Assembly: GCF_001194135.2 (NCBI RefSeq)
Contig: NC_068991.1
Location: 76,964,145-77,028,144, forward strand
DNA from: Octopus bimaculoides
Taxonomy: Eukaryota
DNA length: 64,000 nucleotides
Reading direction: 5' to 3'
Part shown: one piece after another, positions 39,502 to 52,081 of the stretch
How positions within the stretch are numbered: the stretch's first letter is position 1
Layout of the letters: the number at the start of each line of letters is the position of its first letter
Notes under the pieces: model-generated
Seen by the model: only the letters and a program-made list of their open reading frames with translations
What the model was told of the DNA's origin: nothing
The model's database searches: none
Made by a program: the position numbers and the translations under genes

Positions 39502-42099
39502 ACACACACACACACACAGATGCCAAGTTATAATGATGAATTTTAGCATGTGTGTCTGTAACGTTGTTTCAATTACTAAGTATTCTCATTATTATTGCTA
39601 TAATATACCCTTTTACATTGGCATGTGTTGGATCTGTCTGTACCAGTCCATGTGATCTTATACATACAAAGAAAAGATTACCATTCTGTATTGTTGCGTT
39701 TGACATAGAAGTAAAATATGGGGCAAGTTTTTCATGACTGGATAGCCTTCCTATTCGCAACTGTTTTACTTTTAGACTGGGTCTATTTTATCATGCTACT
39801 ACTAGGAAGGTTGTTCACCTTGACTGACATATCCCCCTTACCCTGTATTAGCTTTATTTGGATGATGCAGTTAATTTGTCTTCACTGTGGTTGTGGACTT
39901 GATGCATCTTCTGTTTCTTCAACTAATATGTACTTTTCACTCATCTCAATTATAATCTTGCTTTAGTTTTTGAAATATTCCAAGAATTAAATATATTGAG
40001 ACTGATTCCTGAGCTATCTTCATAATTAAGAGTATAGGTATTTATAAATGTGCTCACCAATGCAATATTATATGCAGAAGCATTCAAGTAATCATGGTAT
40101 TTATAAAAATTAGCTTCCATGTGACTGAAAGCGAGGTTGTTAAGGATTAAATAATTATAATTGGGAAGAATCGTTTGAGTATCAGAATAAATGTCTAATA
40201 GTATTTAATTTCATCTTTCTATGTTCCAATCCAAGCTCCACAGAGAAATGTTGTCTTTCATCTTTGAAGTGTTAATACTGGAGTGATTCAATTAACTATA
40301 CCCTTCCTCTACGAATTTCTGGCCTTGTGCTACTAAAAATCATTCTTAGTAGTGACACAACTAAATGCAGACAATCTCATAATTTTTGCATCTTGTTCTT
40401 GATTGGAACGGATTCTCAAGATCTTTACAAATAAAGACTAACCCCACCACCAAAAAACAAAGCAAAAAAAAAAAACAAAAAAAAAAACAAACAAAAAACA
40501 GAAAGTAAAATCTTGTTTTTATTATCAAATGAATTACAATGGCTGTGATGAGGCTCATTAGCTGTAATGTCTACTAACCATATAGTCATAAGCTCTAATA
40601 TTTTTCTCATTGTATTATAACCCTGAGAAAGGTACATAACTCTGCTCTTTCCAGTTTCCCTGATTGAGAAAAATGCCTCTTCCACAATCACTTTATGGTT
40701 TAGAAGTAGAAAGAATATCTAACTATTAAATAGTCTGCACCAATAAAAATCAATCCCAACCATGCAAGCATAGTAAATTTATACAAAACGTTAAAGATAT
40801 ATGTATTACATTAATATCACTAAGCTTTGGAATTTTATCTTTAGAGAATTGGTCATTAGTGTGGATATGGATGCTAAGAGAATATATTATGATGGAATAA
40901 ATTTCAACATTTCTTTGTATCTTATGGATTACCCTGGGATTTCAAAAATCAAATAGGAATAAAATTAGAGTAGGATAAAGATATGTTAGTAGTTTTAGGC
41001 AGGTATATTGTTGGTTGGATTCCATTTGGTTGAATTCCATTAGCCAAAACTAATTTAGTACTTTGGCCTTTAATGTCATGGTTCAAGTAGATATTCATTA
41101 ATAAATAAATAGCTAACATATCTGACTAAAAAGGGTTTCTCATATAATTTGAGTTTCTCCTTTATTGTCAACAAGTGCAAAAAACAACTCTGGGTAAGTT
41201 TTGGTCCTATTAGATCTCTCTTTGTGTAGACTTCACCTTATTTAAGGTAAGAATCACTTAGCAGTTGTACAGTATTGTACATGAGTAGGCATGAAATTTG
41301 CATCAACAATATTGTACATCTACTTGATAATTCTCATCCCTACTCAAAGAAGTACAGTGAAGCTTATGTTCTGCTGATGAGGTCTAATAAGACCAAAGTT
41401 TGTCTGTTATTATACTTTATGAATTGATGAAAATTATAGTTATTTTGAGCTGATGTTTGTTTTTCTTCGTTACATAATGATTTTAGTTATTTTTTTTAAT
41501 GTTAACAATAATTTAGTTGTCAGTAGTCATGTGATAGTTGCTTCAACATGAGTTTTAAGAGAATTTTTTTTTATTTTGAATAATATGCTTATGCAAATGA
41601 GACAGTGGTGTCATCAAATTGACAAATATCATATTTAAATTGTAGTGTATGGAATTCATGAATATAACTACCAATATCAATAGGTCTTGGAACTTTCTCT
41701 TTGAGATGTTGCTCTATAATTTAAAAAGAATTTTATATATCCAGTGAGTACCATAATACTCAACAAAGAAATGGTATAGTTGAAGGAAAAAAAAACATCA
41801 GTAGACGTTCCATATGCCTTGCCCAATTTTAACTGTGTGCACAAGCAGCATAATGAGATCACATGCAAGTTGATAGGGAAAGATAGCAGATGCACAGGAG
41901 TAGTTAGCACGGAGAGCACATATGATGTTGAGACATCTCCATATAAGTAGCTGGTAGCTTTTGTTACCTATTTGTTTTAATTAGCAGCGGAGGTGGATGT
42001 TCTGAAAACATGGTAGCCAGAGTAAGAATGGGGTGGAAAAGTCCAAGCAACTATTACCTCTGCTGGAAATAAATGCATTCTTTTTCTAAGTGAAGGACA

Positions 42100-42522
42100 G
42101 ATTGCATGGTGCATGGTAACAAAACATGAACATTGAATGTGGAGGATGTATGAAGGCTAGAAAGGATTAGAGAAAACATGGTCCTCTGAATCTTTAATAT
42201 TAATATATAGGAACAATGAAGCACAAATGAGGTAAGAGTGTAAGAAGAATCAAAATGGAGCATGCCAGCAGAGAAGGCTTCAATGGTAAGGGCATGTAAG
42301 GCATATAACAATTGGGTAAAGAAGGGTCAAATGGAAGTTTGCTCTGGCAGTAGAAGACCAAAGAAAGTATGGAACAGAATGGAGAAAGGTGAATCTCCTC
42401 AAAGAGATGACAAAACAACTGCAAAAAGTGGTGAGTGTTGTGCTGGACAAGATTTATCGAACTCATGCAAGTGTGGAAAAATGGACATAAAATGATGATG
42501 ATGATGGTGATGATGATGATAT
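42100..42522 (+). mobile_element. Decayed RTE LINE 3' end
   Basis: LHG.KT.TLNVEDV*RLE-like frame, ending in CATGCAAGTGTGGAAAAATGGACATAAAATGATGATG. Confidence 0.65.
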
Positions 42523-45500
42523 ACTTGGTTTTTCTAAGTTGGCATAAGTTCGATGCTTGTCAAACTGAACAGTTATTCCCAAAGACAAAAAAATAGTGTT
42601 AGCACAAAACATTTAATAGTTTATATTGTCATACTTTAAGTCAGTATTCTATTCTCACTGTATCTTGGTGTTTAGTCATATTTTAATTGTGTGTGTGTGA
42701 CTGAGACTAATGGAAGTATAATTAACACTTAATTGGTTTTAAAAGAACTTTTTTTCATATATAAAACTGGATTTGGTTAAATAGGAATATATTCTTTTCT
42801 CTGTAGTTTTCTTAAGTACCTGCCAGTGTGAATGTGCCATCTTATTTTATGTACAGGGATTGCATTTAGCTAGTTTACATAGTTCAAGACAAGCTCCAGT
42901 TCCAGGAGATTGATTAATTAAATTTGTCAGGTTTATCGCAAAAAGAAAAGTGTCTCTGAAGAGCTTAATTGAGAATACTGTTCAAGCAGGATGATTTATT
43001 TATATTTAGATGATTTATTACACTTGCCATTTCATTTTTATCCACTGGAGTTAAGAGTTTCGTTTACTATCAAGTTTTTCAGTTGTTTTTAAATTCACTC
43101 ATATATTTATACAGTAATCATTAAACTTGTTAGTAATATTTCTTTAATTTCATTTCCAATTTTTTCCCAATACTTAATATTTGAGCTTTTAAATATTAAA
43201 TTTTATAATTTTTTAAAATTCATTTTGAAATTATTGAAATATTAATATTTCTGTTCATTTAAAAATATCTAAAGTAGTGTTTAGTCATGTTCATGCTAGA
43301 AAAAGCATAGTTACTTGATTATGTTGAGTGCTCTCTTTCGTTAGAAACTTGTCCATGATCAAGTTTAAATTCATGACCACGTGGTCAGTATATTAATTGA
43401 AGCATAATACCACACTCACGATGTTTCTGACATTTATAAACTATTTCAGCAAGGAAATGACAAAAGAGGTAATTGTCCTTTCTGTGGCTGAGTAGCTGGT
43501 TTAAAGAACACACAGTTTATGTTTAAAATAGTTTTCTTAAACCTATCAATATTAGCATAGATTGAATTCTTTCTTCTTTGTTTTTTGTCTTTTCCTATAT
43601 GATTATTTGAAACAAATCATTTCTACAACTAGATAGCCTTTCTGCTAATGCCCATCACCCAGGAAATGAAAATGGTACCTAGTTTCAACTGTATGCAATC
43701 TAGTGTGCTTTACATAAGAGCAAAAGGAAGATGGTTCTAATAGTTTGTATTCATGGCATTCTGGTATATAGGTTGGCACTTTGATCTCACTATGACTGGA
43801 TTTGTATATTGATTTTTCTTCCTGGCACATAATACTGACTTCGTTTTTTAATTGTGAAAAAATGTAAAATTGAAAAATCAGTCTTCAACTTCAACCAAGC
43901 TTCCTGCTTGTACGTATATTGGCAATTCTAGAGAAATTCTATGCTCTATAAATTTTGGCAGGGAGATAAGGAACTAAAATAGTTTAGTTTATGAAAATCA
44001 GACATACTCTGGCTGTGAGGTTATAGCTTAACTCTTAAAATCCGACAATGATTTCTCTGTATATAAACCTCAATCGTTTTGAGATTAGAAACTTGAGATT
44101 TTGATGAAATGCTCTGCATGAATTTGGATGAAATATGCTGATACAGTATAATTGTTGGTGTAAGTTTTGAATGTAGTTTTTATCTGTTGTTGATTTATAT
44201 CTGTTGTCATGTCCCTTCATTTGTCACTGTAAGTTGACTACACTTAAGCATCTGACAAACATTTACAAGGTAATTGTTTCCTGTGCATTGATTTCCTAAT
44301 TAAATCATTAACAAATAGATAATAATAAATAAATCACTAATAAATAATATTATCAAATTCTAACTAAATATTTGAGGTGTTAATTGTTATCAAGCTCAAA
44401 AAGCAAAGGCAGAAAAAGTCCAAAGAATTTTACTTGGTAAAAATTCAAAAGTTAAATATAATAAGTAGGAAGGATTTTGATAGGAAGTTCTTTCTAAAAT
44501 GGTGCTCAACTTAGTTTCTTGCTCAGAAGTGTTTAGTTTCAGTTTTTGATCCTAAATAATGATATTATTTAAACTGCATTTTTGTGCAGCTTAGGATTTG
44601 GTTAACTGGTGTGAAAATCTGCAATATAGGATTTTAATAGTTAAGTACAATTGTACCTAACACATTGTTATGGGTTCAAATGTGGTGGTGTTGTTGAGTA
44701 TGCTTGATTAGCTTTGACTGCACAGACTTGTAGTGATTGCCATAGGCATTCTAGCATTTTGTAACAAAGGAAAGGGAAAAAAAACAGCTTAAAATTAACC
44801 TATGAATTTTTCCAAATCAGGTACCAACCTTTCTAACTAGATCTCTTTGTTGGTATTAGAGGTTAGCTTTTTGTCCATTGTTCTCTTTCCATTCTACTTC
44901 TAATATTTTGGCTACCTCCCTTTTCTGAGAAGGTCATTCTGCTTTCTAAGATATAATTAAACGTATTTCAGTTATAATTTAAAAACTTAACAAGAAATTA
45001 TTTAAAAAAAAAAAAGTAAAATCAACAAAATCAATCCTTATACATAGATTTAGAAAACCGCAACGTTTGGAAACAATAAATTTTAATTTACCACTAAAAT
45101 TTATTGATTTTTAAATGAAATATAAAACAATTAATATTATGTTTCGTTTCTTTATTTGATAAACTGATTTTTCATATTGGGAGATATTCTGCATTGAATT
45201 AGGGTTGAGATTCTGATGAGAGTGTTAATGCTTTTTGTGATGAAAGATTTGTATACATATATATGTACAGATGTGTTTGTTTATGAAAATATCAAGTGTA
45301 TATGGAGATACATACATACATACATACATACATTACATACATTACATACATTACATACATTACATACATTACATACATACATTAATACATACATAAATGT
45401 GTGTGTGTGTGAATATATTAATGTGTGTGATGAGTTACTTGTTTCTATTTCTTTCTTTCTTTCTCTGTCTTTCCCCACTCTCTCATTTACACACATATAA

Positions 45501-45783
45501 AGCAAGATTTTATGATGGGCATGGAATTGTTAAGTTGCGTATTACTTTGCTTATAACATTTACATTATAACATTAACTTGATCCAAGTGAAATGAAAACC
45601 ATGATCCTAATGGTACATAATCTCTTCATTTCTGGCCTTCTATACTACTTACATAAGGCAAAGAATTATAACTTGAATAAACAGGCTAAAGGGTGAGAAA
45701 TCTCAAAGAAACATTTCACTCTAAAAATTGCAGTATACTGGTTTATTAGGTGTTTTGATACTTTAATATTCATTAACATATTT

Positions 45784-45999
45784 AAGGTGGTGAGCTGGCA
45801 GAAATGTTAGCAAGCTGAGCGAAATGCTTAGCAGTATTTCGTCTGTCTTTACGTTCTGAGTTCAAATTCTGCCAAGGTCAACTTTGTCTTTCATCCTTTC
45901 GGGGTTGATAAATTAAGTACCAGTTGCATATTGGGGTCAATCTAATTGACTGGCCCCCACTCTCTAAATATTTTGTGCCTAGAGTAGAAAGGGAAAGAG
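45784..45999 (+). mobile_element. Family C tRNA-derived SINE with a 17-bp target site duplication
   Basis: GAGTTCAAATTC B box and core TTTCATCCTTTCGGGGTTGATAAATTAAGTACCAG. Perfect flanking repeat TATTCATTAACATATTT at 45767-45783 and 46000-46016. Confidence 0.9.
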
Positions 46000-46328
46000 T
46001 ATTCATTAACATATTTCACTGGCAATATGTAACTCCTCATCTTTTAGGAAGTTAACCAAAGAAAAGAGAACTCTGATTAATAAAAAAAAAAAAAATCACC
46101 AGTGTTTTGTTGGAAAATTTGCTTTTGATTGATGTTTTTTTTTTCTTTTGGTATGTGCTTTGTTTAATTTTATGTGCTATGTTTCTTCATTGATGATATA
46201 TTGGGTAACACAAAAATGACCATCAATTGCATTTTTCTGGCCGATCATTTGTTGGCAAGGAATATAGGTACTGACATTTGTTTCAGACTACGCAATTATA
46301 AAATTATGATGTAAAAATGTTATCACAT

Positions 46329-46709
46329 TTATGTATTTTGTTTCATGAAATACAAAGTATGGAAAATATTCAAAACATTTGTAACAGTGTATGACTTCGC
46401 TCGTTTACAAACAATACCCTGAAATAGAATAGTAGTGTTAGAAATTATTTTGCAATATGAGCAAGTATTATCTTCATATATAGTTTTTGTTTTATTAGAA
46501 TTGTAATTCTGCTTCGCCTTATCTCTTTTGTGCAACCATTTATATTGAGATAACTGGCTACTTTGACTGTATATTTTACCATAGATATCACGGTCATATG
46601 GCTTCTCCTTTAAATGAATATGTTTAAGACTAGATAAACTATAATTATGAGAGAATGCTTTATTGTAGATAAAAAAGATTGTATGTATGGTAGTTTCTTG
46701 TGACAGCAA
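46329..46709 (-). pseudogene. Decayed C2H2 zinc-finger fragment
   Basis: YNKAFSHNYSLSSLKHIHLKEKPYDRDIYGKIYSQSSQLSQYKWLH keeps the H-x-EKPY linker and finger spacing, but the Cys and His ligands are replaced (C>Y, C>R, H>Y/L). Confidence 0.7.
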
Positions 46710-47000
46710 ATAACAGGGGTTTTTTTTTGTCTATGGTTTCCTAGTCTGGCTAAAGTCAAGTTTAGTTGGATATTTAATAAGAAATGATATTTTCCTGTAT
46801 ATTTTTAAAAAGAAATTTAATCTGAAATTGAATGTTGAAATGAATATTATTTCATCATGGTTGAGTTATATTAAACCTATACATTATTGTCCAGTTATAT
46901 AGTTGTTCTTTTTCATGATGTAACTCTTTTGTTGTGTGTGTATATATGTATATATATATAGTCAAATTGAATAATCAAACATTAAAAATAACAAAACAAC

Positions 47001-47160
47001 AAGGCTTCTTTCAGTTTCTGTCTACCAGATCCACTCACAAGGCTTTGGTCGGCTTGAGGCTACAGTAGAAGACACTTGCCCAAGGTGCCACGCAGTGGGA
47101 CTGAACCTCCAACCATGTATTTGATAAGGAAGCTACTTACCACACAGCCACTCCTACACC
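47001..47160 (-). mobile_element. Family A SINE, 5' part
   Basis: Head and core only. Confidence 0.85.
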
Positions 47161-47172
47161 TATATATAGATA

Positions 47173-47740
47173 ATTAGACGGGACCCTTTGCTTTACGCAT
47201 GGAATAAGTAACATATTGCTTCATGAAATGTAGGTATATTTTCAAGAAAGAAATAATTAAAAGAAAGATAAAACAATGTTGAAATCATAAAAACGTTTAA
47301 GAAAACAAATGTTTTTATTTCTATATGCAGGATATTTTGATTATCAAATTTTGATTGTCGGTGCAGACAACATTTTTTCATCAATTTAACATTTTCATAA
47401 CCAAGATATCGGTAAAATATTCTTGACCTAATAAATTGGATTTGATCAGCAAGAATCTTCATGTGTGAAGGATCCTCAAATTTACTGAGAACAGCATACA
47501 ACTGACCATGTATGAATACTGTTGTAGGGAGAGAAATGCGATATGTTGATAGGCGTGCTTTTGACTTTTGTTTATCAACATAATGAATGCAGGTCTGATG
47601 GGGGGAAAATCTGTACTGGATGGTTGTAGGTTGATACAGAAAATCTGCAAAGTATGTCCTCAAAACTAGTAATTTTTCTTGCTTTTGTGAAAGTGTCAGC
47701 AGCTGATTTCTTGAAAATGGCTGCAAGAAATTAATCATTC
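47173..47740 (-). mobile_element. Helitron 3' remnant (Pif1-like helicase C-terminus)
   Basis: Two frames give PIRPAFIMLINKSQ and VFIHGQLYAVLSK (Pif1/Helitron FAMTINKSQG and VFSHGQLYVALSR). A decayed terminal hairpin followed by GTCTAA (CTAG-like) lies near 47173-47205. Confidence 0.75.
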
Positions 47741-48189
47741 AACTGTCTCTCTGAAATAATGGAAGGGAAGGAAGTGAGACTGACAAATAGTGCTTGTGAA
47801 TCTGGGTTATTTGTGTGTTGGGAAAAGAGCTCAATGTAAAAACATAGAGAGATAGACAGATAGTTAGATGTGTTACATTTCTTTTTTTTTTCTTTTTTTT
47901 TTTTTTTATAAAAGTAACTTATGAAAAGCAAACAAATTAAAAACCCATTTATTTGTAAGTTTTCTGAAGAGAAATCTATGAATGGAAATTTGTTTTGTTT
48001 TTTGTTTATGTTTCATATGTTCCTGCATAAAATAAGAAAGTTCTTATCTTTAACAATTGTAGCTTAATAAGTAAATGCTTTTAACAATCGTGTTGAGAAA
48101 TGAAAATAGTTCGGTAAGAGAGACAGACAGGTAATACTGTCATATTTACATATATATGTGTGTACATGCACACACACACATATGCATGC

Positions 48190-48260
<71 letters not shown>

Positions 48261-50684
48261 AAGATGCAGCTGATCCAGAAGTTCTGTAACAAATGGACAA
48301 ATTTGACAATCATTATAATATGAAGATTATTATCATTATATATTACTGTATATATTGTTGTGTTATCTTGAACTCACATTGCATTTACTTTTGAATAGCG
48401 TCAATCCTAAAACATATATGTATCAGACTGAAATCTGAGCTGTAAGAAATTTTTATTTTAAATAATTTCACAATAACTTAAACTGAATTATGTATGCGTG
48501 AATATGCTTGTGTTGAACATCTTAAAATTCTTTTTGAGTTAGCCAGTCAGTATGAAAACCTCCATCTTAGTGTAAGATGGAAAGCTGTGTCAGATTGGTT
48601 CAGATCTTTTCTTTATTAGCCAGTAATATGAAGAATCAGTGGAGTGATATTGGTCTACTCGGAATTTGAAGCTGTTCTACAGACTCACTTTACTAACAAT
48701 TGTATGCATGCAGTAAGACATGTGTTAACACAATTATATGGTGACAATTCATTTTTCTGTGGACTTTATCATCATCATGGGAAAATGTTAATGTAAAGAA
48801 TAAATATAATTATTTTTATATTTCTAATTAATATATTTCTTTAAGAATTATGCTACTCATTTTATGTTTAAATCATGTTTTTTTTTCTTGTATAGTTTTG
48901 TGAAGAAATTTTTGTAAGGTATAGATATTTCTTTATTTTAATCATATTTAATCATATTTGCCAATTTTTTGTCACAATCATGTGTCCTATTCACAAATAT
49001 TTGCTGTATTTGATATGTAAACTTTACAGTTGGAATAAATAGGGAGAATTATCTTTCTCAGATGGCAATTTATAATACTATGTAGTTAGCATAGTTCTGT
49101 GGCATGTTGCTTTGAGATTTGATGTCGGTAATGTTCTTAAAGTTGATATTATCTCTGCCTGAAAATATTCATCATATACAACTAGTTAATTATACAAAAT
49201 AAAGTATTTGTTTATAGTATGACCATCCTATCTTTAGTTAGGAGCATTAGACATATGATACTTGGTTGAGGCAGGATATTGGTTGGTTGTTTCTTGGGGA
49301 CTGTTGACACATTTCACAAAGTCATTTTAAACCTCAGTTGCAAAAAAAACAAAAGAAAAAACAACCAAACTTGAACTTTATTTCTACTTTACAAAGCCTA
49401 ACTGCAACTGAAGGAAAGCCTGAAGATGATAAAGTTTTATTGTTGGGACTATCACAGAAGTGAAACTAAAGTCCCAGTGACATCACAGTGCAAATAAAAA
49501 TGATTTCTTACTTTGGTAATAGATTACAAAATTTTAAGGGCAGGATATCAGTGATTGATCATATTTCTAATGCAGGCTTGATATTATTTGATCAAACTTG
49601 AGAGAATTAAAGAGAAAAACCAACGCCAGTGAGAAATGAGCTCAAAGAACTGAGAAACAGGGATAATACTGAAAGACAATTAGGCGAGTGCTTAACTGAA
49701 TCTGTCATTCTATTTGTACCAGCACTGTATAAATTTTCCCTTCATATGATATTTAATCTCTGTATCAAGCAGGCAGAGTGTGGAGCTGTATAAAAACGTT
49801 AACAGGGTTGATAATGTTTTGTTGTATAGATGTTAGTTGTGTGATATGGTAACAAAGTCCAGGGAGAAAGATAAGAGAAAACGTTCTCAAAATTTTGTTC
49901 ATGTCAAATTGATGAAATTTACATTTAAAATTTACAAAAATAAAATCTTCCAGCTTTGACTGAAGTTTGAAGTTTCCTCTTGAAATGATTCCAATTTTGT
50001 TTGTCGTTTGAATATTCTGTTATTGGGTGCTTATTACTAAAGTTTTTCCCTGCATAATCTATAATCCAATAAGTTACATGGATATCTACTAATTATCACG
50101 AAATTACATCAGCATTATTCGAGTGAAATGTTTAGTCACATGACTGATAAGTTAAAAGAAGCCATTCTTCAGGTTTACTTCTATTACACCAAGCAACCAT
50201 AGTTTTTTTTTTTTTTTCAATATTCTTATGATTTCCTTTTTAAGGTTTCAAGCTAAACAACTTTGAAGAAGTTAATGTTTATCGCTGTGACTGACTGATT
50301 TTGAGCATGGTACATCCATCCATCCATATAGACTAGCATATATGAGTTTACATTTACATATATACATCTATTTGTTTCTCTACCATTTTTTAAAAGTATT
50401 AAGTACATGCACAATGGGCAGTGTATTATCAGAATCATTAGCATGTTGGACAAAAATACCTTGTAATATTTATTCTGGGTCTTTAGGCTCTGAGTTCAGT
50501 TCCTGCTATGATCAACTTTGCTATTCATCCTTCTAGGGTTCATAAAGTATTTGTCAAGTATCAACTAATCCCTTCCTTTAAAATTGTGGGCTGTTTGTTA
50601 AAATCAGAAACCATAAATATGGCTACATATGCCAGCATGAATGCATACTCACAGGTGTGCATATATATATATATATATATATAT

Positions 50685-50835
50685 CATCATCATCATCATC
50701 ATCATCGTTTAACGTCCGCTTTCCATGCTAGCATGGGTTGGACGATTTGACTGAGGACTGGTGAAACCGGATGGCAACACCAGGCTCCAATCTAATTTGG
50801 CAGAGTTTCTACAGCTGGATGCCCTTCCTAACGCC

Positions 50836-50836
<1 letters not shown>
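50685..50836 (-). mobile_element. Family D RTE-tailed short element, young copy inserted in (TA)n
   Basis: Differs at only a few positions from 57306-57443 and 60870-61029. (TA)n on both sides. Confidence 0.9.
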
Positions 50837-50880
<44 letters not shown>

Positions 50881-51264
50881 TAGATAGATAGATAGATACA
50901 TGTGCATAGCTATGTGATTATAAAAGAAAACATAGAAAAGCATAAGAGTATAAAAATAGAAGAAATGAAAGCTAAATGGAAGATAAATTGATATAAAAGT
51001 ATATAGGTATATTCTATACCTGAACGTTCATGTTGGCTAATATGTTTAAGTGTCTTTATGTCTATATGCAGTAAGTGTATCTAAGCATACTTACGTAATA
51101 TCAAATTGAAATCTTTTGGAATGTTTTACAGACTTCCCTTGATAGATAAAAATCTATAGATTGTATGCTTTTCTTTACCTTTTATTTTAGAAATTTTATG
51201 TATAAATGAAGGAACTATTCTATAAGTTAAAAATAAGCCTCCAAAATTGAAATGCAAACTTCTA

Positions 51265-52080
51265 CAGGGGTTCAATGAGTTTTTTTCAAACACTTGAGAA
51301 ATTGTACTTCACCAAAGTTTATTTTGTGGAGCTACTTAGAGTAGCTAAGCACGTACTTGTGAACTTTAAATTGCTTGAAAGTAAGGTGATCATTTCAGTT
51401 GCTTCTGTACTACGAGCACTTTTTGCATATTTTGAGAATGCAGCATCATTTTTTGGACATAGCAGAATGCTTACTTTGGCATCACCTTTAACAATCCCTT
51501 CAAAGTTTTTTATGCAAATTTTCTAGTGTAAAGGCAGCATGCATTAGTCCAATAAGTATTATCTTTCAAGAAAGCTTTCTTTACTTGAGAAAAAAGTTGC
51601 TTTTTTTTTTTTTTAGATGAAAATGCATTCACAGGAAATAATTTGTTTAGTTCAAAGGAAGACAGAAGATGGCCTAAGCCAGAGAAAAACAGCTGTTGAT
51701 TTGAAGATTTCAAAATCTTCAGTGAAATATATGTTAAAGAATGACTATAACTGGAGAAAAAAGAAGAAGAGGAGGAGGAGGAGGAAAAAAGTCATTTGGG
51801 AAGAGAACTCAAAGGCAAATGAAGATGACTGTATCCCATGTCCTGGCAGCTGGAGAAAAAGCAATGGCATGAGAAGGAGGAGAGAAATGCGAAATAGATG
51901 TAAATATCCAAAGAGTTCAAAGAACACTGAAAGAAACTGGATACAAGTATGGTCAGTCCAAGAGGAAGTTTTATTTAAGCAAAATAAGACAAAAGAAAGG
52001 AAGGCTAGACTGCACAAAATTATGGTTAACTAATTTGATTTTAACAAATGAGTATTTACTGATGAGAAGCAATTTTAGTT
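51265..52080 (+). mobile_element. Tc1-family transposon 5' part, cut off by an RTE LINE
   Basis: TA|CAGGGGTTCAATGAG terminus. HTH-like GLSQRKTAVDLKISKSSVKYMLKN (51617 onward). VFTDEKQF first catalytic Asp motif at about 52055-52078. Confidence 0.75.
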
Positions 52081-52081
52081 C

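Noticed and set aside
47193-47738. 181-aa ORF as a host gene
   Set aside because: It is a frameshifted Helitron helicase remnant, with the motifs split across two frames.
41230-48918. Plus-strand micro-exon candidates (41230-41246, 48896-48918; also near 19.87 and 21.26 kb)
   Set aside because: They have good AG/GT contexts but are too short to distinguish from chance without RNA data, and no recognisable peptide results.
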